Source: Armatimonadota bacterium (lineage in GTDB: Bacteria > Vulcanimicrobiota > JACPDS01 > JBDRKI01). From it: a stretch of 64,000 nt of DNA. How positions within the stretch are numbered: the first letter of the stretch is position 1; each line of letters begins with the position of its first letter. Below, piece after piece: positions 10,636 through 20,734 of this stretch. The translations under genes were made by a program, and so were the position numbers. Below the pieces are notes generated by a model. That model was not told where the DNA came from. It was given only the letters and a program-made list of their open reading frames with translations, and ran no database searches. Where the stretch lies: assembly GCA_043814095.1 (NCBI GenBank), contig JBDRKI010000036.1, positions 51,598 through 115,597 of the forward strand. Reading direction: 5' to 3'.

Positions 10636-10968
10636 TTGAATTATTTATTACTTTTACCGCCGGTAGCTTTTGTTGTAATACTAATATTCGTGGCCCTTCA
10701 GCTTTTTGTCTTCGGCAAATACGGAGTTAAAAGCAAAAATGACGCGCCGGGCAAGAGAAAAGTTTACGCGTGCGGCGAAGATGTTCCTGTACCCATGGTT
10801 AATCCGGAGTACAGCCAGTTTTTCTCTTTCGCGTTCTTTTTTACCATTATGCACGTTGTAGCCCTTATGATAACGACATTTCCCGCGGGCAGTATTTCAA
10901 TGCTCGCGTTCGCACTGTTTTATGTTGTAGGCGGGATAACCTGTTTATTCATTTTGTTCAGGAAATAA
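10636..10968 (+). CDS. Hydrogenase membrane subunit, NuoA-like
   Basis: 3 TMs with loop motif VYACGE, compared with NuoA YECG. Confidence 0.65.
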   Translation: MNYLLLLPPVAFVVILIFVALQLFVFGKYGVKSKNDAPGKRKVYACGEDVPVPMVNPEYSQFFSFAFFFTIMHVVALMITTFPAGSISMLAFALFYVVGGITCLFILFRK

Positions 10969-10989
10969 TCAAACGGAGGTAGACACAAG

Positions 10990-11430
10990 ATGGATCCTAT
11001 TACTAAATTAGTTAACTGGGGAAGAGTAAAATCCCCGTGGATAATACATTTTAACGGAGGGAGCTGTAACGGCTGTGATATAGAAGTGGTCGCGGCTTTA
11101 ACGCCCAGATATGATGTTGAAAGATTCGGCATTCTTTTAAAAGGCAGTCCAAGGCAAGCCGATGTTCTGGTCTGCACGGGCGCTGTTACAAAACAGATAA
11201 AAGACAGACTGGTAAGGATATATGAACAGATGGCAGAGCCTAAATTCGTGGTAGCCATCGGCGCTTGCGCGTGTTCGGGCGGTGTTTTTAAGGGGTGTTA
11301 CTGCGTTGAAGGCGGGATTGATTCCGTGATACCCGTTAATGCCTATATACCGGGCTGTGCGGCTAATCCGGAAGCCATAATTGACGGAGTAGTCAAACTT
11401 CTGGGAACGCTCGCGCCCGCTAAAAAGTAA
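10990..11430 (+). CDS. Group 4 [NiFe]-hydrogenase small subunit (NuoB/EchC-like)
   Basis: GSCNGCDIE, SPRQAD, GACACSGG, IPGC. Confidence 0.9.
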   Translation: MDPITKLVNWGRVKSPWIIHFNGGSCNGCDIEVVAALTPRYDVERFGILLKGSPRQADVLVCTGAVTKQIKDRLVRIYEQMAEPKFVVAIGACACSGGVFKGCYCVEGGIDSVIPVNAYIPGCAANPEAIIDGVVKLLGTLAPAKK

Positions 11431-11447
11431 TTTGGAGGAAAAGTTTT

Positions 11448-11930
11448 ATGTCAAAAGCTGAAAATTATAAAAATGAGCTGGAAAAAAAGTTTGATTATCT
11501 TAAAGACAAAATAGATATTAAAAGCGAGAACCGCATATTTACAAATTACCTTCCGGAAGAGCAGTTTAGGCCCGTACTTGAATATCTCGCAAAAGAAAAA
11601 GGTTTCTGGCAGATATGCACGATAAGCGGCATGGAAGAAGAAGATTTTTACGGAGCTATTTACCATCTTTCACATGAAGACGGCACTGTTTTAAGCTTAA
11701 AGCTGCGCACAAAAGACAAAAAGAATATAACCATAAAGACCGTTACAGAGTTTTATGCCGGCGCGGAGCTTTATGAGAGAGAATTAGTTGATATGTTCGG
11801 CATAAAAGTAGAAGGACTGCCGGAAGGCAACCGTTATCCTCTGCCTGACGGCTGGCCGGATGGTGTGCATCCTCTTAGAAAAGATTATATAGTTGAAAAT
11901 GATTTAGGCAAGAAAGAAGAGGTGAAATAA
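11448..11930 (+). CDS. Hydrogenase subunit NuoC/EchD-like
   Basis: YERELVDMFGI, HPLRKD. Confidence 0.88.
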   Translation: MSKAENYKNELEKKFDYLKDKIDIKSENRIFTNYLPEEQFRPVLEYLAKEKGFWQICTISGMEEEDFYGAIYHLSHEDGTVLSLKLRTKDKKNITIKTVTEFYAGAELYERELVDMFGIKVEGLPEGNRYPLPDGWPDGVHPLRKDYIVENDLGKKEEVK

Positions 11931-11931
11931 T

Positions 11932-13155
11932 ATGGGTAAAATTACCATACCTATAGGACCCCAGCACCCGGCGCTTAAAGAACCTATGTGTCTAAGCGTT
12001 GTTCTTGACGGTGAAAGAATATTCAGCACCGGTTTGCGGCTTGGCTACAACCACAGAGGTGTTGAAAAAGCATGTGAATTAAGAACATATATTCAGGATA
12101 TATATATACTTGAACGTATCTGCGGTATATGTTCGCATGTTCATGCCACAACATTTGCCCAGACGGTTGAAGCTATCGCAGGATTGGATGTTCCAAAACG
12201 CGCTCTATATATGAGAACTATTATAGGGGAGCTTGAAAGAGTTCACAGCCATCTTCTTTGGCTTGGTGTTGCAGGACATGAACTGGGTTTTGACACCCTT
12301 TTAATGTATACATGGCGCGACCGTGAAGTAGTAATGGATCTTTTAAATCTTCTTACAGGCAACCGTGTTAATTACGGTATTAATACAATAGGCGGTGTAA
12401 GGCGCGATATTACGCCCGAACAGATCCAGGAGACCTTAAAAGGCATAGATATACTGGAAGAAAGAACAAAATATTATGTTCAGGTTGCAACTGAAGAAGT
12501 AACTCTCATAAAGAGACTTGCAAATGTCGGTATGATATCCCATGAAGACGCGAAAAGGCTCGGCGCAGTAGGGCCTACAGCCAGGGCATCCGGTGTTAAT
12601 GTGGATGTAAGGGCAAATGATCCTTACGCGGCATACGCGGAGATGGATTTCAAGGTCATTACCGATAACCATAATGATGTTTTCGGCAGGGCTGTTGTAA
12701 GGGTATTAGAGCTTATGGAAAGCTATAAAATATTAAGACAGGCTCTTAAGAATCTTCCCGAAGGCCCGATAACCGTAAAAGCCCCGAGAAAGATACCCGA
12801 AGGAGAGAATTTCTCAAGATATGAAGCCCCGAGAGGTGAGGCTGTTCATTATGTAAAATCCAACGGCACTGAAAAGCCTTACAGGGTAAAAGTAAGGGCC
12901 CCAACCCTTGCCAACTGGGCTGCCACGTTAAAGATGCTTGAGAACAGCTATCTTGCCGATGTGCCGATTATCGTGGCGGCAATAGATCCCTGCTTCTCAT
13001 GTACCGACAGAAGCATAATAGTAAAAGATAAGCATAACAGCGGCTTTAACATGAACAAAGCCCAGCTCAGAGAATATTCCATAAACTGGTATAAACAGCA
13101 GGGAATAGATTTTACTGAATTAAATAATAAACTTTTAAAGAAGCTTGAAGCATAG
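11932..13155 (+). CDS. Group 4 [NiFe]-hydrogenase large subunit
   Basis: L1 ERICGICSH and L2 DPCFSCTDR with all four Ni-ligating Cys; C-terminal extension after the Arg. Confidence 0.92.
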   Translation: MGKITIPIGPQHPALKEPMCLSVVLDGERIFSTGLRLGYNHRGVEKACELRTYIQDIYILERICGICSHVHATTFAQTVEAIAGLDVPKRALYMRTIIGELERVHSHLLWLGVAGHELGFDTLLMYTWRDREVVMDLLNLLTGNRVNYGINTIGGVRRDITPEQIQETLKGIDILEERTKYYVQVATEEVTLIKRLANVGMISHEDAKRLGAVGPTARASGVNVDVRANDPYAAYAEMDFKVITDNHNDVFGRAVVRVLELMESYKILRQALKNLPEGPITVKAPRKIPEGENFSRYEAPRGEAVHYVKSNGTEKPYRVKVRAPTLANWAATLKMLENSYLADVPIIVAAIDPCFSCTDRSIIVKDKHNSGFNMNKAQLREYSINWYKQQGIDFTELNNKLLKKLEA

Positions 13156-13179
13156 ATTAAAATAAAGGGGTGAACAAAA

Positions 13180-14121
13180 GTGATACTTAAAGAACTTTTT
13201 TACATCATAATCTTCCCCGGGTTTCTGTTTCTCGGTATATTCGGCCTTATAGGCGAATTTATTGACAGAAAACTTTATGCAAGATTCCAGAACAGGTGGG
13301 GTCCTCCGTGGTTCCAGCCTATAGCTGATTTCTTTAAATTAATAGGGAAAGAAGAGATTATACCCGAGGGAGCCGATAAGGGCATGTTTAAATTTATGCC
13401 TGTGCTTGCTCTTACAGCCACTATTACGGCGTTTTTATACATTCCTTTATGGAGCACGAACGCGCTGTATTCCTTTTACGGGGATGTAATCGTTGTGCTG
13501 TATCTTCTTACCATACCGACCCTTACCTTCTTCTTAGCAGGCTGGTATTCAAGTTCTCCTTATTCAATGGTCGGCGCGGTAAGAACAATAACACAGCTTT
13601 TTGCTTATGAAGTGCCGCTTTTCCTGGCGGTTCTTTCACCGGCTCTTCTTGCGGGCAGCTGGAATCTTTCGGAGATAGCCTGTTTTTACAGCTCTTACCC
13701 GTGGCTTTTCGCCGTTAACCTTATAGGGTTTATGGTTGCTTTAATAGCCACGCTCGGCAAGCTTGAAAAGGTTCCGTTTGATATACCCGAAGCCGAAACC
13801 GAAATTGTAGCAGGTACTTTTACCGAGTATACGGGCAGGCTTTTCGCGTTCTTCAGGATGGCGATAGATATTGAAACAATAGTCGTGGCGTCCCTGATAG
13901 CGGTAGTTTTCCTCCCGTTCGGCCTGACAATAGGGCCTATATGGGGATTTGTGCTGTATGTGGTCAAGGTACTCTTTGTGATATTTATTCTTGCTCTTTT
14001 AAGAACTCTTTTTGCAAGGCTCAGAATTGATCAGATGGTTGATTTCTGCTGGAGATGGCTGGCTCCTGCCGCGTTCCTCCAGCTTATAATATGCCTTATA
14101 CTTAAAGCTTATATATTCTAA
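13180..14121 (+). CDS. Hydrogenase membrane subunit NuoH/EchB-like
   Basis: DRKLYARFQNRWGP, QPIADFFKL, PFDIPEAETE, RLRIDQ. Confidence 0.9.
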   Translation: MILKELFYIIIFPGFLFLGIFGLIGEFIDRKLYARFQNRWGPPWFQPIADFFKLIGKEEIIPEGADKGMFKFMPVLALTATITAFLYIPLWSTNALYSFYGDVIVVLYLLTIPTLTFFLAGWYSSSPYSMVGAVRTITQLFAYEVPLFLAVLSPALLAGSWNLSEIACFYSSYPWLFAVNLIGFMVALIATLGKLEKVPFDIPEAETEIVAGTFTEYTGRLFAFFRMAIDIETIVVASLIAVVFLPFGLTIGPIWGFVLYVVKVLFVIFILALLRTLFARLRIDQMVDFCWRWLAPAAFLQLIICLILKAYIF

Positions 14122-14132
14122 TATAACGGGAG

Positions 14133-14495
14133 ATGATTATGCAAAAACCGGGTGTAATGTTAAAAGAACTTTTAAGCCATGTAGGCAAAAAGCCGGCAAC
14201 CGTACTGTATCCTTTTGTAAAAGTAGAGATGCCTCCTAAATTCAGGGGCAAGCTTAAATTTCACTCTGAGAACTGCATCGGGTGTAATATCTGTATGAGA
14301 GACTGTCCCGCTAATGCAATAAAAATAATAAAAATAGAGGATAAAAAGTTCAAAGCCCAGATAGAATTGGGGCAGTGCATATACTGTGGGCAGTGTGTTG
14401 ATTCATGCCCCAAAAACGCGCTCAGCATGACTGATGAGTTTGAGCTTGCTCAGATTGATCCTCAGAGGATGACGGTGGTTGAGGGTGCAGAATAA
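14133..14495 (+). CDS. 2x[4Fe-4S] subunit NuoI/EchF-like
   Basis: CIGCNICMRDCP and CIYCGQCVDSCP. Confidence 0.9.
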   Translation: MIMQKPGVMLKELLSHVGKKPATVLYPFVKVEMPPKFRGKLKFHSENCIGCNICMRDCPANAIKIIKIEDKKFKAQIELGQCIYCGQCVDSCPKNALSMTDEFELAQIDPQRMTVVEGAE

Positions 14496-14964
14496 ATTAA
14501 AAGAAAAACTTAAAGGCTCGAAAAAAATCGTAGTTTTAGTCCTTGGCTCAGATCTTCGCGGCGATGATGAAGCCGGGATACTTGTTGGGAAAGAGCTGGA
14601 AAAAAAGATAGATGCTTCTAAAGTTCAGGTGCTGTACGGGTTTACAGCACCTGAAAATTTTACGGGGCAGATTAAAAAGATTAATCCTACCCATATCATA
14701 ATGGTTGACGCGGCTCAGATGGATAAGTCTCCCGGGGATGTAGATATTATTGAAAAAGACAGTATAGACTGCATAACCTTCTCAACCCATTCACTTCCCA
14801 TAAAGATAATGGTTGATTATATGAAAGAATCAATTGATGCTGAAAGCGTAATTATCGGCATTGAACCCAAAGATATGGGTTTTGATAAGAAAGTCTCTCC
14901 GGAAATTAAAAAAGCCGTGAAAAAGACCGCGAAAATTATATTAGATGTCGTAAAAGATAAATAA
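14479..14964 (+). CDS. hycI: Hydrogenase maturation endopeptidase, HycI-type
   Basis: GSDLRGDDEAG, APENF, VDAA, STHSLP. Confidence 0.85.
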   Translation: MRVQNKLKEKLKGSKKIVVLVLGSDLRGDDEAGILVGKELEKKIDASKVQVLYGFTAPENFTGQIKKINPTHIIMVDAAQMDKSPGDVDIIEKDSIDCITFSTHSLPIKIMVDYMKESIDAESVIIGIEPKDMGFDKKVSPEIKKAVKKTAKIILDVVKDK

Positions 14965-14986
14965 TTATACAAAAGAATAACACAGC

Positions 14987-15018
14987 AAAAGAAATCCTTA
15001 GAAATAAGGATTTCTTTT
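14987..15018 (+). terminator. Intrinsic terminator closing the hydrogenase operon
   Basis: AAAAGAAATCCTTA-GAAA-TAAGGATTTCTTTT perfect hairpin. Confidence 0.75.
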
Positions 15019-15111
15019 ATTATAAAGGGTTATTTTCATTTATTATCAAATTATTATACAGATAAATAGCCCCGCGTAATAAAACATATCATTAAAAGAG
15101 GAGTCGTAATT

Positions 15112-17169
15112 ATGAAAAGACTAACCGTTTTGTTTTTACTGTTTGTTTTTTGTCTGTCTTTTGCGGTTGTATATGCCGGTGATGCGCAGGATAAACCGGA
15201 AAGGAAGTATGTACTTGAAAGAGTAAAATGCGGTCCGAAAGATTTTGCGGTTGTTCAGGTTTACGCTGATAATTTTGAGGAGCTTTCTTTACCTGATAAA
15301 CTGCAGGTTTATTATCTTACAAAAGCCGCGGAAGCGGGAAGCGATATATGGTTTGATCAAAACCACAGGAACGCCTTAGAAATAAAACGAGTTCTGGAAG
15401 AGATTATTACTCATCCCGAAGGTATAAATAAAGATGTTCTGGAAAAAATATTTAACTACGCCAAAATTTTCTGGGCTGAAGGCGGGAATTACGGCGAAAG
15501 GGACAAATTAAAATTTATTCCGGAATTTACTTATGACGAACTTCTTGCCGCCGCAAAGACGGCTCAGAAAAACGGCGCTGATTTCGGTGTGACGGGAAAA
15601 AAATCGCTTGAAGAACAGTTAAACGCGCTTAACAGGGTGATTTTTGACATTAATTACGAACCGCTAAGCGTCTGCAAGGATTCTTCAAAAGATATCGTGG
15701 GTGAAAGCGCGGTTAATTTTTATTCAAAAGACATAGCAGCTAAGGATTTGGAAAATTTTAAGGAAAATAATCAGCTGAATGCATTAGTTTTAAAAGAAAA
15801 CGGTGTTTTAGTTGAAAAAGTTTATAAGATAGGCGGTGTATATTCCGATTATCTTAAAGGGATAAATCAGAACCTCGGTAATGCGAAAAGCGTAATCCCG
15901 CCAGATAACATTACGGGGCAGGATCAGATTAAAACCATAGAAAAACTGGCGGAGTTTTTTACTTCCGGAAACATTAAGGATTTTGAAGAGTATAATATTC
16001 AGTGGGTAAAAACAAAAGGCATGGTTGACTGCATACTGGGATTTATAGAGAGTTATAAAGATCCGCGCGGCGTTAAAGCAACGTTTGAGGGCTGTGTTTT
16101 TTATACTGATTTTGAAAATACCCGCCTTATGAATTTAATAGGGGAAAATGTTAAATATTTTGAAGAAAGAATGCCGTGGGAAGATAAATACAAAAGAACA
16201 AATTTTGGTACCGCGCCGGTAGCCAATTCGGTTATGGTTGCCATGGGTACGGGGGACGCGGGAACTCAAGCTCCCGTCGGCATAAACCTGCCCAATGACG
16301 AGCAGATAAGACAGAGTTACGGTACAAAGAGCGTTTCTTTATATAATATTATGGAATCTATACGCAAAGTTTCCGGTGATAAAGTTAAGAAAGAATTCTA
16401 CATGCCGGAAGTTTTCGATCTGGTAAAAGAATACGGCGACAAATCAGTGGATATGGAGATCGCGCTTCATGAAGTATGCGGGCATGCTTCGGGTAAAACC
16501 ACGGTTAAAGACCCGGACAACTGCCTGAAAGAATACGCCCGCGCTTGGGAAGAAGGAAGAGCCGAACTTGTTGCCCTGTGGCATTTAACCGACCCGTTGT
16601 TTTATGAAAATAAAATATGTTCTAAAGAAGATCTGGAAAAAATAGGAAAAGCGGGCTATACAGGTTATGTAACGGGCGACTTTGTTAATTTAAGGAGAAT
16701 ACCGGGTCCCGTGATCCAGGATGATCATATGAGAGCTGCCCATTTTATAACAACTTATCTCATAGAAGAAGCAAAAGTTGTAAAGCCGGTTGAGATAGAC
16801 GGTAAGATATATATGACGGTTCCCGATACCGCAAAGATGCGCGAAGCGGTCGGCCGGCTTTTAAGCATAGTTATGGAAGTAAAGGCCAACGGCGATTATG
16901 AAAAAGCCAAAGAGATGATGAACAGGTATGGCGTAAAAGTAAATACGGACTGGCAGAAGCAGGTTAATGAAAGATACGTGAAACTGGATCTGCCCATGTA
17001 CAGGGCGCTTGTTTACCCGCAATACGGTCTTGTTGAAGATGACAGTGGTGAAGTTATTGACGTGGCGGTTGAATATAATGAAGGATTAACCGCCCAGCAA
17101 CTGCGGCTTTCCGGTTATTCCGAGGAAGAGATATACAATGCCCTTGAAGCGGAAAAAACACTGCGGTAA
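15112..17169 (+). CDS. Secreted dipeptidyl-peptidase III (peptidase M49)
   Basis: Signal peptide; GFIESYKDPRG, GINLPND, HEVCGH (HEXXGH), EEGRAE. Confidence 0.88.
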   Translation: MKRLTVLFLLFVFCLSFAVVYAGDAQDKPERKYVLERVKCGPKDFAVVQVYADNFEELSLPDKLQVYYLTKAAEAGSDIWFDQNHRNALEIKRVLEEIITHPEGINKDVLEKIFNYAKIFWAEGGNYGERDKLKFIPEFTYDELLAAAKTAQKNGADFGVTGKKSLEEQLNALNRVIFDINYEPLSVCKDSSKDIVGESAVNFYSKDIAAKDLENFKENNQLNALVLKENGVLVEKVYKIGGVYSDYLKGINQNLGNAKSVIPPDNITGQDQIKTIEKLAEFFTSGNIKDFEEYNIQWVKTKGMVDCILGFIESYKDPRGVKATFEGCVFYTDFENTRLMNLIGENVKYFEERMPWEDKYKRTNFGTAPVANSVMVAMGTGDAGTQAPVGINLPNDEQIRQSYGTKSVSLYNIMESIRKVSGDKVKKEFYMPEVFDLVKEYGDKSVDMEIALHEVCGHASGKTTVKDPDNCLKEYARAWEEGRAELVALWHLTDPLFYENKICSKEDLEKIGKAGYTGYVTGDFVNLRRIPGPVIQDDHMRAAHFITTYLIEEAKVVKPVEIDGKIYMTVPDTAKMREAVGRLLSIVMEVKANGDYEKAKEMMNRYGVKVNTDWQKQVNERYVKLDLPMYRALVYPQYGLVEDDSGEVIDVAVEYNEGLTAQQLRLSGYSEEEIYNALEAEKTLR

Positions 17170-17200
17170 TAAAGTAAACCCGGAATTATGAGGACAGATT

Positions 17201-17881
17201 ATGCTTTTTTTACCTATAAGGGATGAAGGAAACCGTCCCGGAGCGCATCTTCTGGTTATTAAAATATTAATTGCGGTTAATGTCGCCGTATTTCTGCTTG
17301 AAATCGTTTTAATGTCAACCGATACTCTTTCTGATTTTATTCTCAACTTCGGTTTTATCCCATCAAGATTTTACTATATATGGACCGCTGTAACTTCCAC
17401 TTTTATTCACGGCGGTTTTTTTCATCTAGCAGGGAACATGCTTTTTTTATGGATTTTCGGAGATAATATAGAAGATCTTCTGGGGAATATAAATTTTGCG
17501 TGGTTTTACCTTCTCTGCGGGTTCTCCGCTAACTTTGTTGATATGCTCTTTAGGTTCGGGTCAAATATACCCGCGATAGGGGCAAGCGGCGCCATATCAG
17601 GGCTTTTAGGGGCATATATAAGGTATTTTCCCAAGAATAAAATCGTTACATTCTACTTTTTTATTTTCAGGGTAGGCACTTTTAAAATAGATGCTCTCTG
17701 GTATCTGGCTTTCTGGTTCGGCGGCCAGCTGTTTTATTCGCTATTTGGTTCGGATGCCATGGGAATCGCTTACGGCGCTCATATAGGCGGCTTTATAATA
17801 GGCTATTTTGCGGCAGGATTTTTTCCCCACAACAAAGATGTTATTGATCATCACAAGGAGATAGCGAAAAGATGGCGGTGA
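17201..17881 (+). CDS. Rhomboid intramembrane serine protease
   Basis: HGGFFHLAGNM, GASGA, AHIGG. Confidence 0.9.
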   Translation: MLFLPIRDEGNRPGAHLLVIKILIAVNVAVFLLEIVLMSTDTLSDFILNFGFIPSRFYYIWTAVTSTFIHGGFFHLAGNMLFLWIFGDNIEDLLGNINFAWFYLLCGFSANFVDMLFRFGSNIPAIGASGAISGLLGAYIRYFPKNKIVTFYFFIFRVGTFKIDALWYLAFWFGGQLFYSLFGSDAMGIAYGAHIGGFIIGYFAAGFFPHNKDVIDHHKEIAKRWR

Positions 17882-17966
17882 GGATATTACCACAGATTAT
17901 ATAATTATCGGCATTAAACTCCAGTCGAGCCCCAAAAAACATTATAAATAAGTAGCTTTTATCAAT

Positions 17967-18026
17967 AAAATGTTAACAAATTGTTAACATTTTTGTAACA
18001 TTCTGGCAATATAATTATGTTATAGT
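17967..18026 (+). promoter_or_regulatory. 11-bp direct-repeat array, copy 1 (candidate OmpR/PhoB-type activator sites plus extended -10)
   Basis: TGTTAACAAAT TGTTAACATTT TTGTAACATTC TGGCAATATAA TTATGTTATAGT; recurs at 26681 and 47015. Confidence 0.65.
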
Positions 18027-18064
18027 TTAGATAAGAAAATATGACACAAAATGGAGAGTATATT

Positions 18065-18625
18065 ATGGCAAGCAAAATAGAAGCTTTTATACAGGCATTA
18101 AAAGAGCCGGTTATAAAGCCTAAGGTTTATGATCAAACAAAACTTCTGGGAGAATTGAGAAACAGCCTTGCTTCTACCATATGCACCATTAAAACTCTTT
18201 ATCCTCACGAAACAGGCAAATCTATATCGGAGATGACCGTAAAAGAGGGCGAAACGTATTTTAAAAGAGTCCTTAAAAACGATAAATCAATAGGCGGAAG
18301 ATTTATTAAAGATGTTTTCTATTTTTACAGGTCAATGGAATTGGAAGTTATGGCAGAAGGCTTTATAAAAGCGCTTTGTCATTGTGTTTCAAAATCCGCC
18401 AATGTTACCGGTTCAGCAGAAGTTCTTTCTAAATCTGTAATGAATTTAGCGCCAGATGACCAGATCCAGCATTACTGCCGCATAATTGAAAAAGCAGAGA
18501 TAAAAGCGGCAAGAAATGCTACGAGGAGAGAAGGAGCTTTGACTAAATTAAGAGAGTTTTTTAAAGGCGGCAAACTGAAGATAAAAAAACCTTCAGGGAT
18601 TAAATTTAAACTTCCTAAATGGTAA
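18065..18625 (+). CDS. Hypothetical protein with basic C-terminal tail
   Basis: ORF with GGAGAG RBS before ATG 18065 (track start 18041); no recognisable motif. Confidence 0.6.
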   Translation: MASKIEAFIQALKEPVIKPKVYDQTKLLGELRNSLASTICTIKTLYPHETGKSISEMTVKEGETYFKRVLKNDKSIGGRFIKDVFYFYRSMELEVMAEGFIKALCHCVSKSANVTGSAEVLSKSVMNLAPDDQIQHYCRIIEKAEIKAARNATRREGALTKLREFFKGGKLKIKKPSGIKFKLPKW

Positions 18626-18651
18626 AGAACCCATGTTTAAAAGTCAAGAAT

Positions 18652-18686
18652 AAAAAACAGGGATTTATTGTAAATCCCTGTTTTTT
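18652..18686. terminator. Bidirectional terminator
   Basis: AAAAAACAGGGATTTA-TTG-TAAATCCCTGTTTTTT between convergent genes. Confidence 0.8.
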
Positions 18687-18701
18687 GATCCTATTAATCT
18701 T

Positions 18702-19643
18702 TTATCTTACTATCTTTGTTCCGGTGTTGCCTTTTAATGCTTCTGTAATATGTTCAGGATCGGTAATTATTACCTCTTTACCGCCTTTTTCTATGAATTG
18801 AATGCTAGCTTGAATTTTAGGCCCCATGGATCCTTTAGGGAACTGACCTTCTTCTAAGTATTTTTTAGCTTCGGCAACAGTTATCATATCAAGTGATTTC
18901 TCATTCTCTTTTTTATAGTTTATGCATACTTTCTCAACACCTGTTGATATTATAAGGACATCCGCGTTTATCTGGTTCGCAAGAAGAGATGATGCTCTGT
19001 CTTTGTCTATAACAGCTTCCACGCCTTGTATGTCTCCGTTCCCGTTTTTTATGACGGGTATCCCGCCTCCGCCTACGGCTATAACTATGAAACCCTTATC
19101 CAGTAATGACTTTATGGCATCTTTCTCGAGTATGTCTATGGGAATAGGGGAGGGTACAACTCTTCTATAGCCGCGTCCTGCGTCTTCCACAATACTCCAT
19201 CCTTTTTCTTCCCTGTTTTTTTCGGCTTCTTCTTTTTTATAAAAAGGTCCTATAGGCTTTGACGGATTTTCAAATGAAGGATCATTTTTGTCAACCAGAA
19301 CCTGGGTTACTATCGTGGCGACAGTTTTGATTATTTTCTTCTCGCGCAACTCATTTCCCAGCACCTGCTGGAGCATATAGCCCATGCCGCCCTGGGTGTC
19401 CGATACGCATGTGTCCAGGAATATGGGGTAAACTTTATCTTTTGAATATTCTACTCTTAGAAGAATATTCCCGACTTGGGGGCCGTTGCCGTGTGTAAGC
19501 ACAATATCATAGCCCATGGCTATCATCTCGGCTAAGTGTTTTGAAGTTTCGCGCGAGTTTTCAAACTGTTCCGGTATTGTGCCTGTCTGGTTTTCCTTGG
19601 AAATGGAATTTCCGCCTATTGCGACCACTGCTAATTTTCCCAT
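18702..19643 (-). CDS. arcC: Carbamate kinase
   Basis: VAIGGN, THGNGPQVG, PSKPIGPFY, RRVVPSP, GVEAVIDKD, GSMGPK. Confidence 0.95.
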   Translation of the reverse strand: MGKLAVVAIGGNSISKENQTGTIPEQFENSRETSKHLAEMIAMGYDIVLTHGNGPQVGNILLRVEYSKDKVYPIFLDTCVSDTQGGMGYMLQQVLGNELREKKIIKTVATIVTQVLVDKNDPSFENPSKPIGPFYKKEEAEKNREEKGWSIVEDAGRGYRRVVPSPIPIDILEKDAIKSLLDKGFIVIAVGGGGIPVIKNGNGDIQGVEAVIDKDRASSLLANQINADVLIISTGVEKVCINYKKENEKSLDMITVAEAKKYLEEGQFPKGSMGPKIQASIQFIEKGGKEVIITDPEHITEALKGNTGTKIVR

Positions 19644-19724
19644 AAATTCCTCCGGAGTTTACAAATAACCCGTTTTTAAAACGGACTGTTTGTATGTTTT
19701 ACATCTTAATATCTTTTTTAATAA

Positions 19725-20726
19725 TTAAGGTCTTCCGCCCATTGCCAGAGCCATTAAGGCTTTCTGGATATGGAGCCTGTTCTCGGCCTCGTCAAATACT
19801 ATTGAATTGGGCCCGTCTATTACCGCGTCGGTTACCTCATTGCCTCTGTCTGCGGGCAGGCAGTGCATGTAATATGCGTTATCGGTAAGCTTCATTCTTT
19901 TTTCATTGCATATCCAGTTTTTGTATTTGCCTGATATTGCCATTGATTTTTCTTTATCTGTTATTTTTTTATCCTGTAGGTACTGCAAACAGCCCCAGCT
20001 TTTCGGGTATACGACATGAGCCCCCTTAAAGCCCTTGTCCATGTCATTTACTATTTCAAATTTTGCTCCTGTCTCTTTTGCGTTTTCTTTTGCCTGTTTG
20101 ATTATATCAGGGGGCAGGTAGAATTCCGGCGGGTGGGCCAGCGTTACATCCATCCCGAATCTCGGCATAAGAAGAACCAGGGAGTTGGGAACGCTCATGG
20201 GTTTTGTGTAGCTGGGAGCGTATGCCCATGATACTGTGATTTTTTTGCCCCTTAAATCATTCCCGAATTTTTCCCTTATGGTCATTAAATCCGCAAGTAT
20301 CTGGCAGGGATGGTATATGTCGCACTGCATGTTGAAAATCGGGACATCCGAATGTTTTGCGATCTCTCTTATGTAGTTGTTACCTACACCCCAGAAGCAG
20401 TTTCTTACAGCTATGCCGTGTCCGTATCTGCTTAATACTTTTGCAGTATCAAGAGCCGTCTCTCCGTGGGATATCTGCATCTTGTCCGGCGTTAAGTCAT
20501 GAGCATGTCCGCCTAACTGCGTCATACCCGCTTCAAATGAGTTTCTTGTTCTTGTAGACTGTTCAAAGAACATCATAAACAGAGTTTTGTCCTGGAGCAG
20601 CCTGTGGGGGATACTGAGCCCGAATTTCATTTTCAGGTCTTTAGCCACATCAAGTGCTGTTTCCAGCTCTTCTTTTGTCCATTCCTGGTTTGAGATAAAG
20701 TGTTTTCCTCTTAATAGTGTCTGCAT
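19725..20726 (-). CDS. Carbamoyltransferase, ornithine/YgeW-like knotted subfamily
   Basis: STRTR, HPCQ, HCLP, plus SWAYAPSYTKPMSVP loop and YPKSW typical of YgeW/acetylornithine-type transcarbamylases. Confidence 0.85.
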   Translation of the reverse strand: MQTLLRGKHFISNQEWTKEELETALDVAKDLKMKFGLSIPHRLLQDKTLFMMFFEQSTRTRNSFEAGMTQLGGHAHDLTPDKMQISHGETALDTAKVLSRYGHGIAVRNCFWGVGNNYIREIAKHSDVPIFNMQCDIYHPCQILADLMTIREKFGNDLRGKKITVSWAYAPSYTKPMSVPNSLVLLMPRFGMDVTLAHPPEFYLPPDIIKQAKENAKETGAKFEIVNDMDKGFKGAHVVYPKSWGCLQYLQDKKITDKEKSMAISGKYKNWICNEKRMKLTDNAYYMHCLPADRGNEVTDAVIDGPNSIVFDEAENRLHIQKALMALAMGGRP

Positions 20727-20734
20727 ACAACCTC

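Noticed and set aside
5030-14495. NADH dehydrogenase (complex I) call
   Set aside because: The NuoD homologue keeps both CxxC Ni motifs, there is no NuoEFG, and a maturation protease is present
17967-18026. 11-bp repeats as a CRISPR array or iterons
   Set aside because: No unique spacers, units are too short and degenerate, and no cas or rep gene is present; position fits promoter elements
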